Source of the DNA: Haliotis rubra
Taxonomy: Eukaryota
Length of the DNA: 64,000 bases
Reading direction: 5' to 3'
NCBI RefSeq assembly: GCF_003918875.1
Contig: NW_025765076.1
Location: 186,001 to 250,000, forward strand
Below the pieces are notes generated by a model. That model was not told the origin of the DNA and searched no databases. It was given only the letters and a program-made list of their open reading frames with translations. Below, piece after piece: positions 63,801 through 64,000 of the stretch (position 1 is the first letter of the stretch; each line of letters opens with the position of its first letter). A program made the position numbers and the translations under genes.

Positions 63801-64000
63801 GTGTTTGAGTACCTGTAAGTCACTGCATGTTAACCTGAGGTGGGAATGGATACTGACGAGAACATGGTGTTTGAGTACATTTAAGTCACTGCATGTTAAC
63901 CTGAGGTGGGAATGGATACTGACGAGAACATGGTGTTTGAGTACCTGTAAGTCACTGCATGTTAACCTGAGGTGGGAATGGATACTGACGAAAACATGGT
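57900..64000. repeat. 66-bp satellite, more than 90 copies, runs off the right edge
   Basis: TGTTTGAGTACCTGTAAGTCACTGCATGTTAACCTGAGGTGGGAATGGATACTGACGAGAACATGG. Confidence 0.98.

Overview
Eukaryotic, intron-containing, repeat-rich DNA. It is probably molluscan: an interspersed repeat resembles one I recall from abalone (Haliotis), which I could not verify. About half the window is tandem satellite (22, 59/60, 32, 32/33, 20, 81 and 66 bp units). It also holds decayed transposons (an APE-RT LINE, a CMC/EnSpm-type transposase, a Tc1 transposase, MITE-like foldbacks, a tRNA-derived SINE) and three assembly gaps. Between these lies a cluster of genes, all on the minus strand, which I reconstructed by hand from splice sites. 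In transcription order: (E) a ~23-repeat ankyrin protein; (F) a probable mucin exon of ~114 TTSTPTW heptads plus a short Cys-containing terminal exon; (D) a second ~800-aa ankyrin paralog; (C) an EGF-receptor paralog truncated at a Tc1 element; (B) a complete MEGF10/Draper/SREC-like type I receptor (signal peptide, Cys-rich EGF-like exon, TM, Tyr-motif tail) whose stop codon abuts a 13-kb satellite; (A) another signal peptide + EGF-like gene that runs off the left edge. Each long exon carries a single-base frameshift in a short homopolymer, probably an assembly error. Gene models are inferences without transcript evidence. There is no CRISPR array or prokaryotic system.
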